Virus record (IMG/VR): IMGVR_UViG_3300014502_000007
Coordinates: 1 to 57,746 of that record
Strand: one strand, 5' to 3'
Source of the DNA: a virus
Lineage: Duplodnaviria > Caudoviricetes
DNA length: 57,746 nucleotides
The notes beneath the pieces are model-generated. The model was given only the letters and a program-made list of their open reading frames with translations. It was not told where the DNA came from and ran no database searches. The position numbers and the translations under genes were made by a program. Positions 27,128-33,663 of this stretch are shown here, piece after piece. Position 1 is the first letter of the stretch. Each line of letters opens with the position of its first letter.

Positions 27128-27661
27128 TTACTCTTTTGAGTTCTCAGCAATTCTTGTCTTCATGGCCTCAACCAATTCCTCACGAGTCATATCTTGAGGA
27201 CGCTTTGGACCCTTGATTTCTTTCTTTGGTTCCTCGGGAAGCGAGACATCCTGAAGGATTGTCCCTTTGAGAACGGAGGTGTCGGTGTCAGAAGTAATGT
27301 TGAATCCATCAGGGACCACCCCGTTGAAGAATTGCAACATGGCCTTTTCATCACTAACAAGTTCCATGAAAAGTTTAGAATATGCCTCGGTGCCCATGAA
27401 GTGTTGAATTAGTTCAGGTGACTTTTCGAAACTCTTGTTATCGGCATTGCGAACGCCATATGCCTTAGTCAGAATCTCTTCGAATGCATCAACAATTTCC
27501 TGATTATTATCGGCCGCAACGATTTGCTTGAGATACGAGGACAAACCACCTTTCGTACGAAGTTCCCATTTGGCAAGTTCCGCTGTGAAAAGGTGGAAAT
27601 AGAAGTCCTCGGTGAGCATGTTACCGTCGAGGTCTGGGTATGTAATAGTCTTCTTGAACAT
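27128..27661 (-). CDS. Conserved phage hypothetical protein
   Basis: KKTITY.D.DG, EDFYFHL, AYG, F..TEAYSKLFMEL; TAATG overlap. Confidence 0.85.
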   Translation of the reverse strand: MFKKTITYPDLDGNMLTEDFYFHLFTAELAKWELRTKGGLSSYLKQIVAADNNQEIVDAFEEILTKAYGVRNADNKSFEKSPELIQHFMGTEAYSKLFMELVSDEKAMLQFFNGVVPDGFNITSDTDTSVLKGTILQDVSLPEEPKKEIKGPKRPQDMTREELVEAMKTRIAENSKE

Positions 27662-28026
27662 TAGAGCCTTTCAGAGATAGGAAGGTATGAAGCTTGAGAG
27701 ACATCCTTCTTAGACACGCACTCATTCAATTCCTCATTGACCACTGCCTTAAGCAGAATGAGATAATTGATGTGGTCAGTAATTTTCTCTTCCCATACCG
27801 CCATAGGAAAGACATTACCACTTTGACACATGTCAAATATGGAAATGGTATGCTTGGCCAACATGCCGGCAACGGCCTGACGAACAGTACAACCCTCGAG
27901 TTCTGCTGCAACTTTGAAGTTGTGGAGACGGTCCTCGGTGGCATATTCCTTAGCCTTAACCACCAGGGTGTCCCGACACATGTCGATTTGTTCATCGAAA
28001 ATATGTTCAAAATTATCTGCATCCAT
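27661..28026 (-). CDS. All-alpha nucleotide-modification-associated (DUF1599/Nmad1-like) protein
   Basis: KAKEYA.EDRLHNF, KH and EKITDHINYL motifs. Confidence 0.6.
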   Translation of the reverse strand: MDADNFEHIFDEQIDMCRDTLVVKAKEYATEDRLHNFKVAAELEGCTVRQAVAGMLAKHTISIFDMCQSGNVFPMAVWEEKITDHINYLILLKAVVNEELNECVSKKDVSQASYLPISERL

Positions 28027-28467
28027 TTAGACCCAGTTCTTGTCAATGTTGTGGTTGATTTTCCAGATACCAAACTTAGTTTTGGCCTTGCGGTAGTACT
28101 TCTTTCCCTCAGCAAGTGCTACCTTGTCGAGACCTGTCTGGTGTGCTACAACTCCAATGGTGACGATGATGAGAAGTCCAGTAGAGAGCCCTCGACGGTC
28201 TCCTCGAAGAAGGGCTTTTGCATTCTTACCAATCATATTCGATCGGTCAATGTGTTTGCGCTCCTTGGCAGCCTTTATGGCAAGGTTCGCAAAGGGCTGT
28301 TTGCTATAAGCCTTATTAAAAGCCTCGTTGTAGTTAGATATGTTCTCAACCTTGTGGGCGATCTCAGCCGAAAGCAACTTACGTCGCGTCCCAGCACCCT
28401 CACCGAAGAACAACTCCGCATATGCCCATTTTGCCGCGTCTTTAGCGGCGATTTTATTGATGTTCAT
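28027..28467 (-). CDS. Hypothetical membrane-associated protein
   Basis: AAGGAG RBS; FFGEGAGTRRKL motif. Confidence 0.8.
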   Translation of the reverse strand: MNINKIAAKDAAKWAYAELFFGEGAGTRRKLLSAEIAHKVENISNYNEAFNKAYSKQPFANLAIKAAKERKHIDRSNMIGKNAKALLRGDRRGLSTGLLIIVTIGVVAHQTGLDKVALAEGKKYYRKAKTKFGIWKINHNIDKNWV

Positions 28468-28479
28468 GGATTACTCCTT

Positions 28480-28665
28480 CTAGTGACCATTCACATGAAG
28501 CAAATGCTCTGCATCTTCTTCTTTGATCTCAACCCAGAAATTCTTATCCATGTCAATGTCGTAGAACTCTTTGTAGAGCTTTCCATTGAATCGGAAGATT
28601 GCTGGAGGATCTAATCGATAGATCTTGAACTGTCTAGACTGTTTCACACCAAGAAGTCCAGCCAT
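28480..28665 (-). CDS. Hypothetical protein
   Basis: GGAG RBS. Confidence 0.65.
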   Translation of the reverse strand: MAGLLGVKQSRQFKIYRLDPPAIFRFNGKLYKEFYDIDMDKNFWVEIKEEDAEHLLHVNGH

Positions 28666-28667
28666 AA

Positions 28668-28814
28668 TTAGTACTCCACTCCTGGGTGATCATGCTCAAA
28701 AGTAGCTTTCTTGAGTTCAAGTTTGGCTGTGAGATCCTTTATATACTTGATAATCTCGGGTCGATACTTAATGTAACACCAGCAGGTAACGAATCCGAAG
28801 GCAAACTTTTTCAT
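28668..28814 (-). CDS. 48-aa hypothetical protein (not in ORF track)
   Basis: GAAAGGA RBS; MKKFAFGFVTCWCYIKYRP... Confidence 0.65.
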   Translation of the reverse strand: MKKFAFGFVTCWCYIKYRPEIIKYIKDLTAKLELKKATFEHDHPGVEY

Positions 28815-28849
28815 GACAGTTCCTTTCAGAACATAATTGGGGTAAAGGC

Positions 28850-28882
28850 AAAACAGAAGACCTTGTTAGGGTCTCCTGCTTT
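28850..28882 (-). terminator. Intrinsic terminator, CTAACAA loop
   Basis: AAAGCAGGAGACC-CTAACAA-GGTCTTCTGTTTTGCC. Confidence 0.75.
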
Positions 28883-28904
28883 GTGAGCCGGTCTTGATGG
28901 GCAA

Positions 28905-29078
28905 TCAGACTTCGGTGGACAGAGCGTCAGCGATCTCGACGGGGCTGGTCTTCAACTTGACGACGACAACTACGGCGACGACGACAGCAAGTGCTGCGAC
29001 GCCAACGCGGATGGCATTGGTCTTGGTGAAAACCGACTTCGAGGGGAGGGCGGCGACGTTGTTGGTTTCTTCGGTCAT
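28905..29078 (-). CDS. 57-aa membrane protein (cassette gene)
   Basis: Leader GAGACCCCCTATGAAAGGAATTATC-ATG; Val/Ala TM segment. Confidence 0.8.
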   Translation of the reverse strand: MTEETNNVAALPSKSVFTKTNAIRVGVAALAVVVAVVVVVKLKTSPVEIADALSTEV

Positions 29079-29105
29079 GATAATTCCTTTCATAGGGGGT
29101 CTCTC

Positions 29106-29130
29106 ATTAGAGGCCATGTTTTTCTTGCGA
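29106..29130 (-). promoter_or_regulatory. Phage promoter motif TCGC-N15-TCTAAT
   Basis: TCGCAAGAAAAACATGGCCTCTAAT. Confidence 0.8.
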
Positions 29131-29150
29131 GGTTAACTTGGGTGTAACCT

Positions 29151-29930
29151 CTAATACGTGGTGTGACTCCGGTAATAGTCTCTTATTGGGGCCACATGGA
29201 ATGCGATGGAGATACACGGACGACTATCCTCAGACATACACGTCGAGAAATCCAACTCCATTAACTTATCTGTATTCCACCCAACCTCTTCAGAATTTGC
29301 GGTCGTTGGAATGCCGATCTTGTTGTAGAAGTCACTAAGAGAGGCGTAACCGTCATTGAGCACCAGGTAGTTGGTGTCGTTTTGACCTCTCTTCAACTCC
29401 TCCATACTACTCATGAAGTAGCGACCAGTGAACGCCTCATAACAGAGAACTTCCCCGCTACCTGTTATGATGATCTCACGTGCACCTACAGGGTCTCGAT
29501 TGATACGTTCTTGGGCGATCTCGTCCCGAACGATCTGTTCTTTTGGTGCTCCGATCTTCTCAATGACCTTCGTCTTGTACTCGGAGAAGGCTTTCTCAGA
29601 GATCGAATATGCAGCAGCAACTGCGGCGGCTCGTCGTGAACCAATCTTATTGGCTCCGATGATGCAAACTATCGTCAGGATTCCAGTGCCAATCGCTGGA
29701 ATATAAAACTTCCAGACGAAACGAGTACGCTCTTTGACTGTGGGCCAGCCATCTTCAGCTTTTCCACCAACCTCTTCCTCGGCATGAATGATCTCTGCAG
29801 CCTTGAACGTGGCCCTTCCTGTGAGATATGCGGTGGTGATGGTTCCGGTGACCCCAATTGCAGTCAAAATAGATGGCGAGTTGTCGATAGTCAGTTTTTC
29901 GACCTTTTTGAGAATACTAACCAAATTCAT
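29151..29930 (-). CDS. DUF6353-like protein (paralog)
   Basis: NSPSILTAIG, AAAYSISE, GRYF, SLSDFY and VGWN motifs; AAAGGA RBS. Confidence 0.8.
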   Translation of the reverse strand: MNLVSILKKVEKLTIDNSPSILTAIGVTGTITTAYLTGRATFKAAEIIHAEEEVGGKAEDGWPTVKERTRFVWKFYIPAIGTGILTIVCIIGANKIGSRRAAAVAAAYSISEKAFSEYKTKVIEKIGAPKEQIVRDEIAQERINRDPVGAREIIITGSGEVLCYEAFTGRYFMSSMEELKRGQNDTNYLVLNDGYASLSDFYNKIGIPTTANSEEVGWNTDKLMELDFSTCMSEDSRPCISIAFHVAPIRDYYRSHTTY

Positions 29931-29941
29931 TTTGTTTCCTT

Positions 29942-30055
29942 TCAACGCCGACGCATTTCACGAACAAAGATCCAAATCAACCACAAGCCTCCAGTAAGGA
30001 AGCACATGAAGACGTCGAGTAGAAAACTGAAAAGACCGTAACGTTTTGACAACAT
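29942..30055 (-). CDS. 37-aa membrane peptide
   Basis: AAAGGA RBS; LTGGLWLIWIFVREMR. Confidence 0.75.
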   Translation of the reverse strand: MLSKRYGLFSFLLDVFMCFLTGGLWLIWIFVREMRRR

Positions 30056-30081
30056 GACTTTTCCTTTGCTGTGAGTTGGCG

Positions 30082-30155
30082 AAAAATTAAGAGCACGATT
30101 CATCAGTATAGTGGTTGATGTTTCGTCTTTGCTTGGGGGCAAAGTTGGCTCTCTC
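30082..30155 (-). ncRNA. Candidate small RNA (74 nt)
   Basis: Starts right after the promoter motif; closing stem GAGAGC/GCTCTT; two inner hairpins; T-tract. Confidence 0.6.
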
Positions 30156-30180
30156 ATTATAGGGCATGTTTTTTCTGCGA
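30156..30180 (-). promoter_or_regulatory. Phage promoter motif TCGC-N15-TATAAT
   Basis: TCGCAGAAAAAACATGCCCTATAAT. Confidence 0.85.
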
Positions 30181-30183
30181 GGC

Positions 30184-30215
30184 AAAACAAGAGGCCTGGT
30201 TAGGGCCCCCTGTTT
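30184..30215 (-). terminator. Intrinsic terminator, CTAACCA loop
   Basis: AAACAGGGGGCC-CTAACCA-GGCCTCTTGTTTTGCC. Confidence 0.75.
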
Positions 30216-30223
30216 CCTGAGAG

Positions 30224-30388
30224 TTACTTCTGGTCGGAAGGATCCCCGATCTTGTCCTCTCCACTATTCAGTGAGTCCAAGAACTCCTGTGCTTCTATAC
30301 GCTGTTCAGGTGCCTTGAAGAAATCGTGAACCATCCTTTCTGCAAGGGCGGGGTCGTGGCCATAGTCACGCTCGAACTGTGTCACCAT
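30224..30388 (-). CDS. 54-aa acidic protein (not in ORF track)
   Basis: AGGAG RBS; MVTQFERDYGHDPALAERMVHDFF... Confidence 0.65.
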   Translation of the reverse strand: MVTQFERDYGHDPALAERMVHDFFKAPEQRIEAQEFLDSLNSGEDKIGDPSDQK

Positions 30389-30626
30389 CTTGGGTCTCCT
30401 TGGTGATGAGCATCCTGAATTGGGTGGGGTGTGCGCTCACGAAGAACTCGTAGGTCTTGTCGAAGTACTCTTTCGACACACACCTCCAGTTATCGGGGTC
30501 TTGAGGGTCCCTGATCAGGTAGTAGCCTTTGGCCTGATCGTAGTTCAGTCGCCCCTCTTCCTCCCGAAGCGGCATATCGAGGTATTTGTTGAAGGACTTC
30601 TTTGTGATCTTCAAGGCTTCCAGCAT
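30366..30626 (-). CDS. Hypothetical protein
   Basis: GAGGAG RBS. Confidence 0.8.
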   Translation of the reverse strand: MLEALKITKKSFNKYLDMPLREEEGRLNYDQAKGYYLIRDPQDPDNWRCVSKEYFDKTYEFFVSAHPTQFRMLITKETQDGDTVRA

Positions 30627-30635
30627 GGTTTCTCC

Positions 30636-30797
30636 TCAGATCATGTCGACTTCGACGAAGAAATCCTCGTCTTGGGTGTTAGCAAAGCGGTATTTCGCGA
30701 AGAAGTCCTCCTCAGTCAGTATCTCGTTGCTAGCGTTGTGGTCGTACGGGAAGAAGAAGTAGTCATACTTCTTATGCGCATCGTCAATTTCGGGCAT
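30636..30797 (-). pseudogene. Probable frameshifted small gene
   Basis: GGAGG-ATG MPEIDD...NEITD*; removing one A gives ...NEILTEEDFFAKYRF...VDMI, which ends at the next RBS. Confidence 0.4.
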
Positions 30798-30852
30798 AAT
30801 CCCTCCATTCAGACCGCGATCTTGTCTCGATTCGTCGTCGTGATCATGATCG

Positions 30853-31446
30853 CTAGGCCAACGGACCTGGGTTTGCGCGGCGACTTCGTCGATGAACTAG
30901 ACGGGTTTGCGCGGCGACTTCGTCGATGGTGTCGTTCAACTCGCGAAGATCTGAATCAAGACGAAGCATTTGCCTCTCAAGAACTTCAACTCGTGCTTGT
31001 GCCACGTCGAGCAGGTTTTCGAGATTCTGTATGGTCGCGTTACTCTCCGAAAGTTTGCCTTCTGAATCAGCGAGTCCACCTGCGAGTCTATCGCCCTTCA
31101 ACAATGCCTCTTTGAGTTCGGTTGACAGTTCTTGGATGGTCTTGTCACGCTCGGCAAGTTCCCGAGTAAGTTTTCCAACCAAGATCGCCGTGGACCTCTC
31201 AGAGACCGTCGCGGTCCTCCCAGTCCCCTTCTGGGTAACTTTCATGGTCGCAGGTTTCCTAGGCTTCCGTTCGACGGTGGTAACGGTTTGGGTTGGTGGC
31301 GTCGTCTTGTGATGAACCACCTTCTTGTAGTAGGTGCGTTTGACAGGCTGACCACCATTTGCGACTTTGGCTGCGGAACGTTCTCTTGAAAGGGCAGCCA
31401 TCTTCTCAGCATGAGCAGCAGGATCTTTGGGATATCCAGCAGGCAT
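30853..31446 (-). CDS. Basic N-terminus / coiled-coil protein
   Basis: AAGGAG RBS; heptad-rich C-terminal half. Confidence 0.8.
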   Translation of the reverse strand: MPAGYPKDPAAHAEKMAALSRERSAAKVANGGQPVKRTYYKKVVHHKTTPPTQTVTTVERKPRKPATMKVTQKGTGRTATVSERSTAILVGKLTRELAERDKTIQELSTELKEALLKGDRLAGGLADSEGKLSESNATIQNLENLLDVAQARVEVLERQMLRLDSDLRELNDTIDEVAAQTRLVHRRSRRANPGPLA

Positions 31447-31505
31447 GACAATCTCCTTATAATTAGTGTTGCTGTTTTGATAATGATGGTTCTTTAATAT
31501 TGGCG

Positions 31506-31598
31506 AAAAAGGAAAGACCTATTTCCAATCGTTCAATTTCATGTCACTGCATCTGCGGGTAGCGTGGCATTAAACGTTGTGGTTTAATAGATCTCTCT
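31506..31598 (-). ncRNA. Candidate small RNA (93 nt)
   Basis: After the promoter motif; 12-bp closing stem GAGAGATCTATT/AATAGGTCTTTC; T5 tract; no RBS-ORF. Confidence 0.65.
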
Positions 31599-31623
31599 AT
31601 TATAGGGCATGTTTTTTCTGCGA
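31599..31623 (-). promoter_or_regulatory. Phage promoter motif TCGC-N15-TATAAT
   Basis: TCGCAGAAAAAACATGCCCTATAAT, identical to the copy at 30156. Confidence 0.85.
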
Positions 31624-31626
31624 GGC

Positions 31627-31720
31627 AAAAAGAAAGGAGGTCACTGGTGTTGCTCGGGCCTTATAACTATGACGCGATTAGTCTTCGACATTACTATCTA
31701 AGATACCATAGTTTCCTTTC
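31627..31720 (-). ncRNA. Candidate small RNA (94 nt)
   Basis: Closing stem GAAAGGA/TCCTTTC; inner AACTATG/CATAGTT; T5 tract; only a 3-codon ORF. Confidence 0.6.
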
Positions 31721-31745
31721 ATTATAGGGCATGATTTTCTTGCGA
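31721..31745 (-). promoter_or_regulatory. Phage promoter motif TCGC-N15-TATAAT
   Basis: TCGCAAGAAAATCATGCCCTATAAT. Confidence 0.85.
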
Positions 31746-31748
31746 GGT

Positions 31749-31780
31749 AAAACAAGAAGCCTTGTTAGGGCTTCCTGCTT
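31749..31780 (-). terminator. Intrinsic terminator, CTAACAA loop
   Basis: AAGCAGGAAGCC-CTAACAA-GGCTTCTTGTTTTACC. Confidence 0.75.
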
Positions 31781-31964
31781 AGAGCTCCAGGTTATCCAGA
31801 GCGAACTTGATGTTGTTGACCGTGTTGTTCGTCTTCGTCTTCACTTCTTCCATCTCAGACTTCATCTTCCTAGAACCAACTAGCACAATGGCTAGAGTGG
31901 TTGTAGAAGCGATTAGGCTTAAAGAGGAAAGCGTGATGAGGACGACGGATGTCGTGGTGTTCAT
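31779..31964 (-). CDS. 61-aa membrane-anchored protein (cassette gene)
   Basis: Leader GGAGACCCCAACGAAAGAAAGGAACGAG-ATG. Confidence 0.8.
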   Translation of the reverse strand: MNTTTSVVLITLSSLSLIASTTTLAIVLVGSRKMKSEMEEVKTKTNNTVNNIKFALDNLEL

Positions 31965-31992
31965 CTCGTTCCTTTCTTTCGTTGGGGTCTCC

Positions 31993-32017
31993 ATTATAAG
32001 CCGTGATATTTATGCGA
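31993..32017 (-). promoter_or_regulatory. Phage promoter motif TCGC-N15-TATAAT
   Basis: TCGCATAAATATCACGGCTTATAAT. Confidence 0.8.
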
Positions 32018-32056
32018 GACCTTAGTCGAATTCTTCCTCCGCGGGAAAATTGAGGC

Positions 32057-32142
32057 AAACAAAATAGAAAGCCGTGGAACCTCAGTAGTCGAGGTTCGTT
32101 TTGGCCTGTCGATTGCTTACCTGTTCTAAGGGTATTCTATTC
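32057..32142 (-). ncRNA. Candidate small RNA (86 nt)
   Basis: Closing stem GAATAGAA/TTCTATTT; inner hairpins TACC/GGTA and GAACCTC/GAGGTTC; T-tract. Confidence 0.65.
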
Positions 32143-32167
32143 ATTATAAGGCATGTAAATCCTGCGA
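32143..32167 (-). promoter_or_regulatory. Phage promoter motif TCGC-N15-TATAAT
   Basis: TCGCAGGATTTACATGCCTTATAAT. Confidence 0.85.
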
Positions 32168-32170
32168 GAC

Positions 32171-32202
32171 AAACCTAAAGTCCTGGCTAGGGGCTGTCGG
32201 TT
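32171..32202 (-). terminator. Intrinsic terminator, CTAGCCA loop
   Basis: AACCGACAGCCC-CTAGCCA-GGACTTTAGGTTTG; resembles the 8525 terminator. Confidence 0.6.
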
Positions 32203-32210
32203 CTTGAGAT

Positions 32211-32354
32211 TCAGCGTTCTTCGTGGTCGAGAAGCCAAAGGTAGTATCGATTCGTTTCCTCTTCGAGGGCCGGGTCCTGACGTCGTGTCATACGTGTGTT
32301 GTTGACAATGACGTCGGAGTGGTCGACGAAGGAGGAGATTGGTGTATAAAACAT
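32211..32354 (-). CDS. 47-aa protein (cassette gene; start MFYTP)
   Basis: TAAGGA RBS after the promoter motif. Confidence 0.7.
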   Translation of the reverse strand: MFYTPISSFVDHSDVIVNNTRMTRRQDPALEEETNRYYLWLLDHEER

Positions 32355-32390
32355 TTTGGGGTCCTTAGTGTAGAATATGGTTGTGGTCTC

Positions 32391-32415
32391 ATTATATACC
32401 ATGTAAATCCTGCGA
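32391..32415 (-). promoter_or_regulatory. Phage promoter motif TCGC-N15-TATAAT
   Basis: TCGCAGGATTTACATGGTATATAAT. Confidence 0.85.
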
Positions 32416-32460
32416 TATGTTAGGCAAAAATTAGAACCCTTGTAAAGTGAGGAGCAAACA

Positions 32461-32501
32461 TAGAGGGCGTGCAAGAGTGTTTAGTTCTCACACGCCCTCT
32501 A
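32461..32501 (-). terminator. Long hairpin after the 95-aa gene
   Basis: TAGAGGGCGTG / CACGCCCTCTA, 11-bp perfect stem. Confidence 0.65.
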
Positions 32502-32532
32502 CATTTGATCTTCCTTTCAAGTGATCAGCACT

Positions 32533-32820
32533 TCATCGAAGTTTGAGCACAAAACTCAGGGCTTTCGAAGTCACGACATTTGCTCGCTCGAATCCGACGA
32601 TGATCAGAATTCCGAGGAGGTTTCCAGCGATGATGGCCATCGTGTCAGGACTTATTCCTTTAGGGCGATCTCCATCCCTTAGGGCATAAAGCTTGACTAG
32701 TTGGTCCGCCATCTTTGAATACTCTTCGGTATCACTCATTACCGAGTTCATCTCGCTGAGCAAGTCGTCGATAACTTTCTCAAGTCTTGACGGTTCATGC
32801 AGGGTCTTCTTAGTGAACAT
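32533..32820 (-). CDS. Membrane protein
   Basis: Leader GAGACCACCTATGAAAAGGAG; ISPDTMAIIAGNLLGILIIVGFE. Confidence 0.85.
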   Translation of the reverse strand: MFTKKTLHEPSRLEKVIDDLLSEMNSVMSDTEEYSKMADQLVKLYALRDGDRPKGISPDTMAIIAGNLLGILIIVGFERANVVTSKALSFVLKLR

Positions 32821-32846
32821 GCTTTCTCCTTTTCATAGGTGGTCTC

Positions 32847-32871
32847 ATTATAGGCGATGTTTAAACCGCGA
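32847..32871 (-). promoter_or_regulatory. Phage promoter motif TCGC-N15-TATAAT (first copy after the structural block)
   Basis: TCGCGGTTTAAACATCGCCTATAAT. Confidence 0.8.
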
Positions 32872-32886
32872 GCCCACCAACATGAA

Positions 32887-33198
32887 TTATTTGTTAACTT
32901 TGAAGACAATCTGGTTCTTCTTGTCTAGATCGTTTGGATCAGAGTTAAGGTTAAGTGAGAAAGTCTTCTTACCGTCTTCTTGCTGAATCACATCTATATC
33001 GCCGTCGGGTTCACCTTTAGAGTTGGTTGTCCAATAGGTGGCCTGGAACGCAACGATGGTTGCAATCGCTATGGTAAGGATCTCGACTGTTGTAAACCCA
33101 TCTGGTGCAGAAAGTTTAGCGGAACTTAGTAGAGAGACTAGCGCAGCAACATATGCTTTACTGGCTTTTGGGCTTAACATCGTCTTAATTACTACCAT
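32887..33198 (-). CDS. Putative holin
   Basis: Two TM segments (KAYVAALV..., ILTIAIATIVAF) ending YWTTN; at the end of the tail block. Confidence 0.55.
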   Translation of the reverse strand: MVVIKTMLSPKASKAYVAALVSLLSSAKLSAPDGFTTVEILTIAIATIVAFQATYWTTNSKGEPDGDIDVIQQEDGKKTFSLNLNSDPNDLDKKNQIVFKVNK

Positions 33199-33223
33199 TT
33201 TGACGCCTCCATCTGACTGTTCG

Positions 33224-33646
33224 TCACTCTTTGTTCAAAGTAGTTTCTAGTTCGGTGGCAGTCTTGTCCGCTTCGTCTGTTAATGCAGCGGCAGCAGCGG
33301 CGGCAGTTTCCTGCATGTGAATGTCAGCCGCAGCAGTTAGTTTAGCGATTGCTTTGAGACTCTCAGCAGCGAGAACAGCATCCGCCTCCAACTTGGCTCG
33401 AGCGATGGCCTGCAACTCAGTACGTAAGACGATTTCGCCTTCTTCGAGTCTCTCAATGTGTTGACCAATGGTCAATCCACTATTTGTCTTGAGTAGTTGG
33501 TTGTTCTGACGGGACTGAGCGGCAGCCTGTTTTGCCATCCATGCTGCAAACATCGCTGTTATAGATGTGATTACTCCGAGTATGATCGACGTCCAGTCGA
33601 GGTCAGCTAATGTTGATGTGTCTGTTACTAATGCAGTTGCGATCAT
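33224..33646 (-). CDS. Membrane protein (lysis-associated?)
   Basis: One TM segment plus an Ala-rich coiled coil; TNSG.TIGQ.I.RLE motif. Confidence 0.7.
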   Translation of the reverse strand: MIATALVTDTSTLADLDWTSIILGVITSITAMFAAWMAKQAAAQSRQNNQLLKTNSGLTIGQHIERLEEGEIVLRTELQAIARAKLEADAVLAAESLKAIAKLTAAADIHMQETAAAAAAALTDEADKTATELETTLNKE

Positions 33647-33663
33647 CTCTTTCCTAACGTTTA

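Noticed and set aside
31500-32420. CRISPR array
   Set aside because: Repeats are degenerate promoter motifs with irregular 90-250 bp cargo, some of it coding; no cas operon. The Cas4-like nuclease is a common stand-alone phage gene
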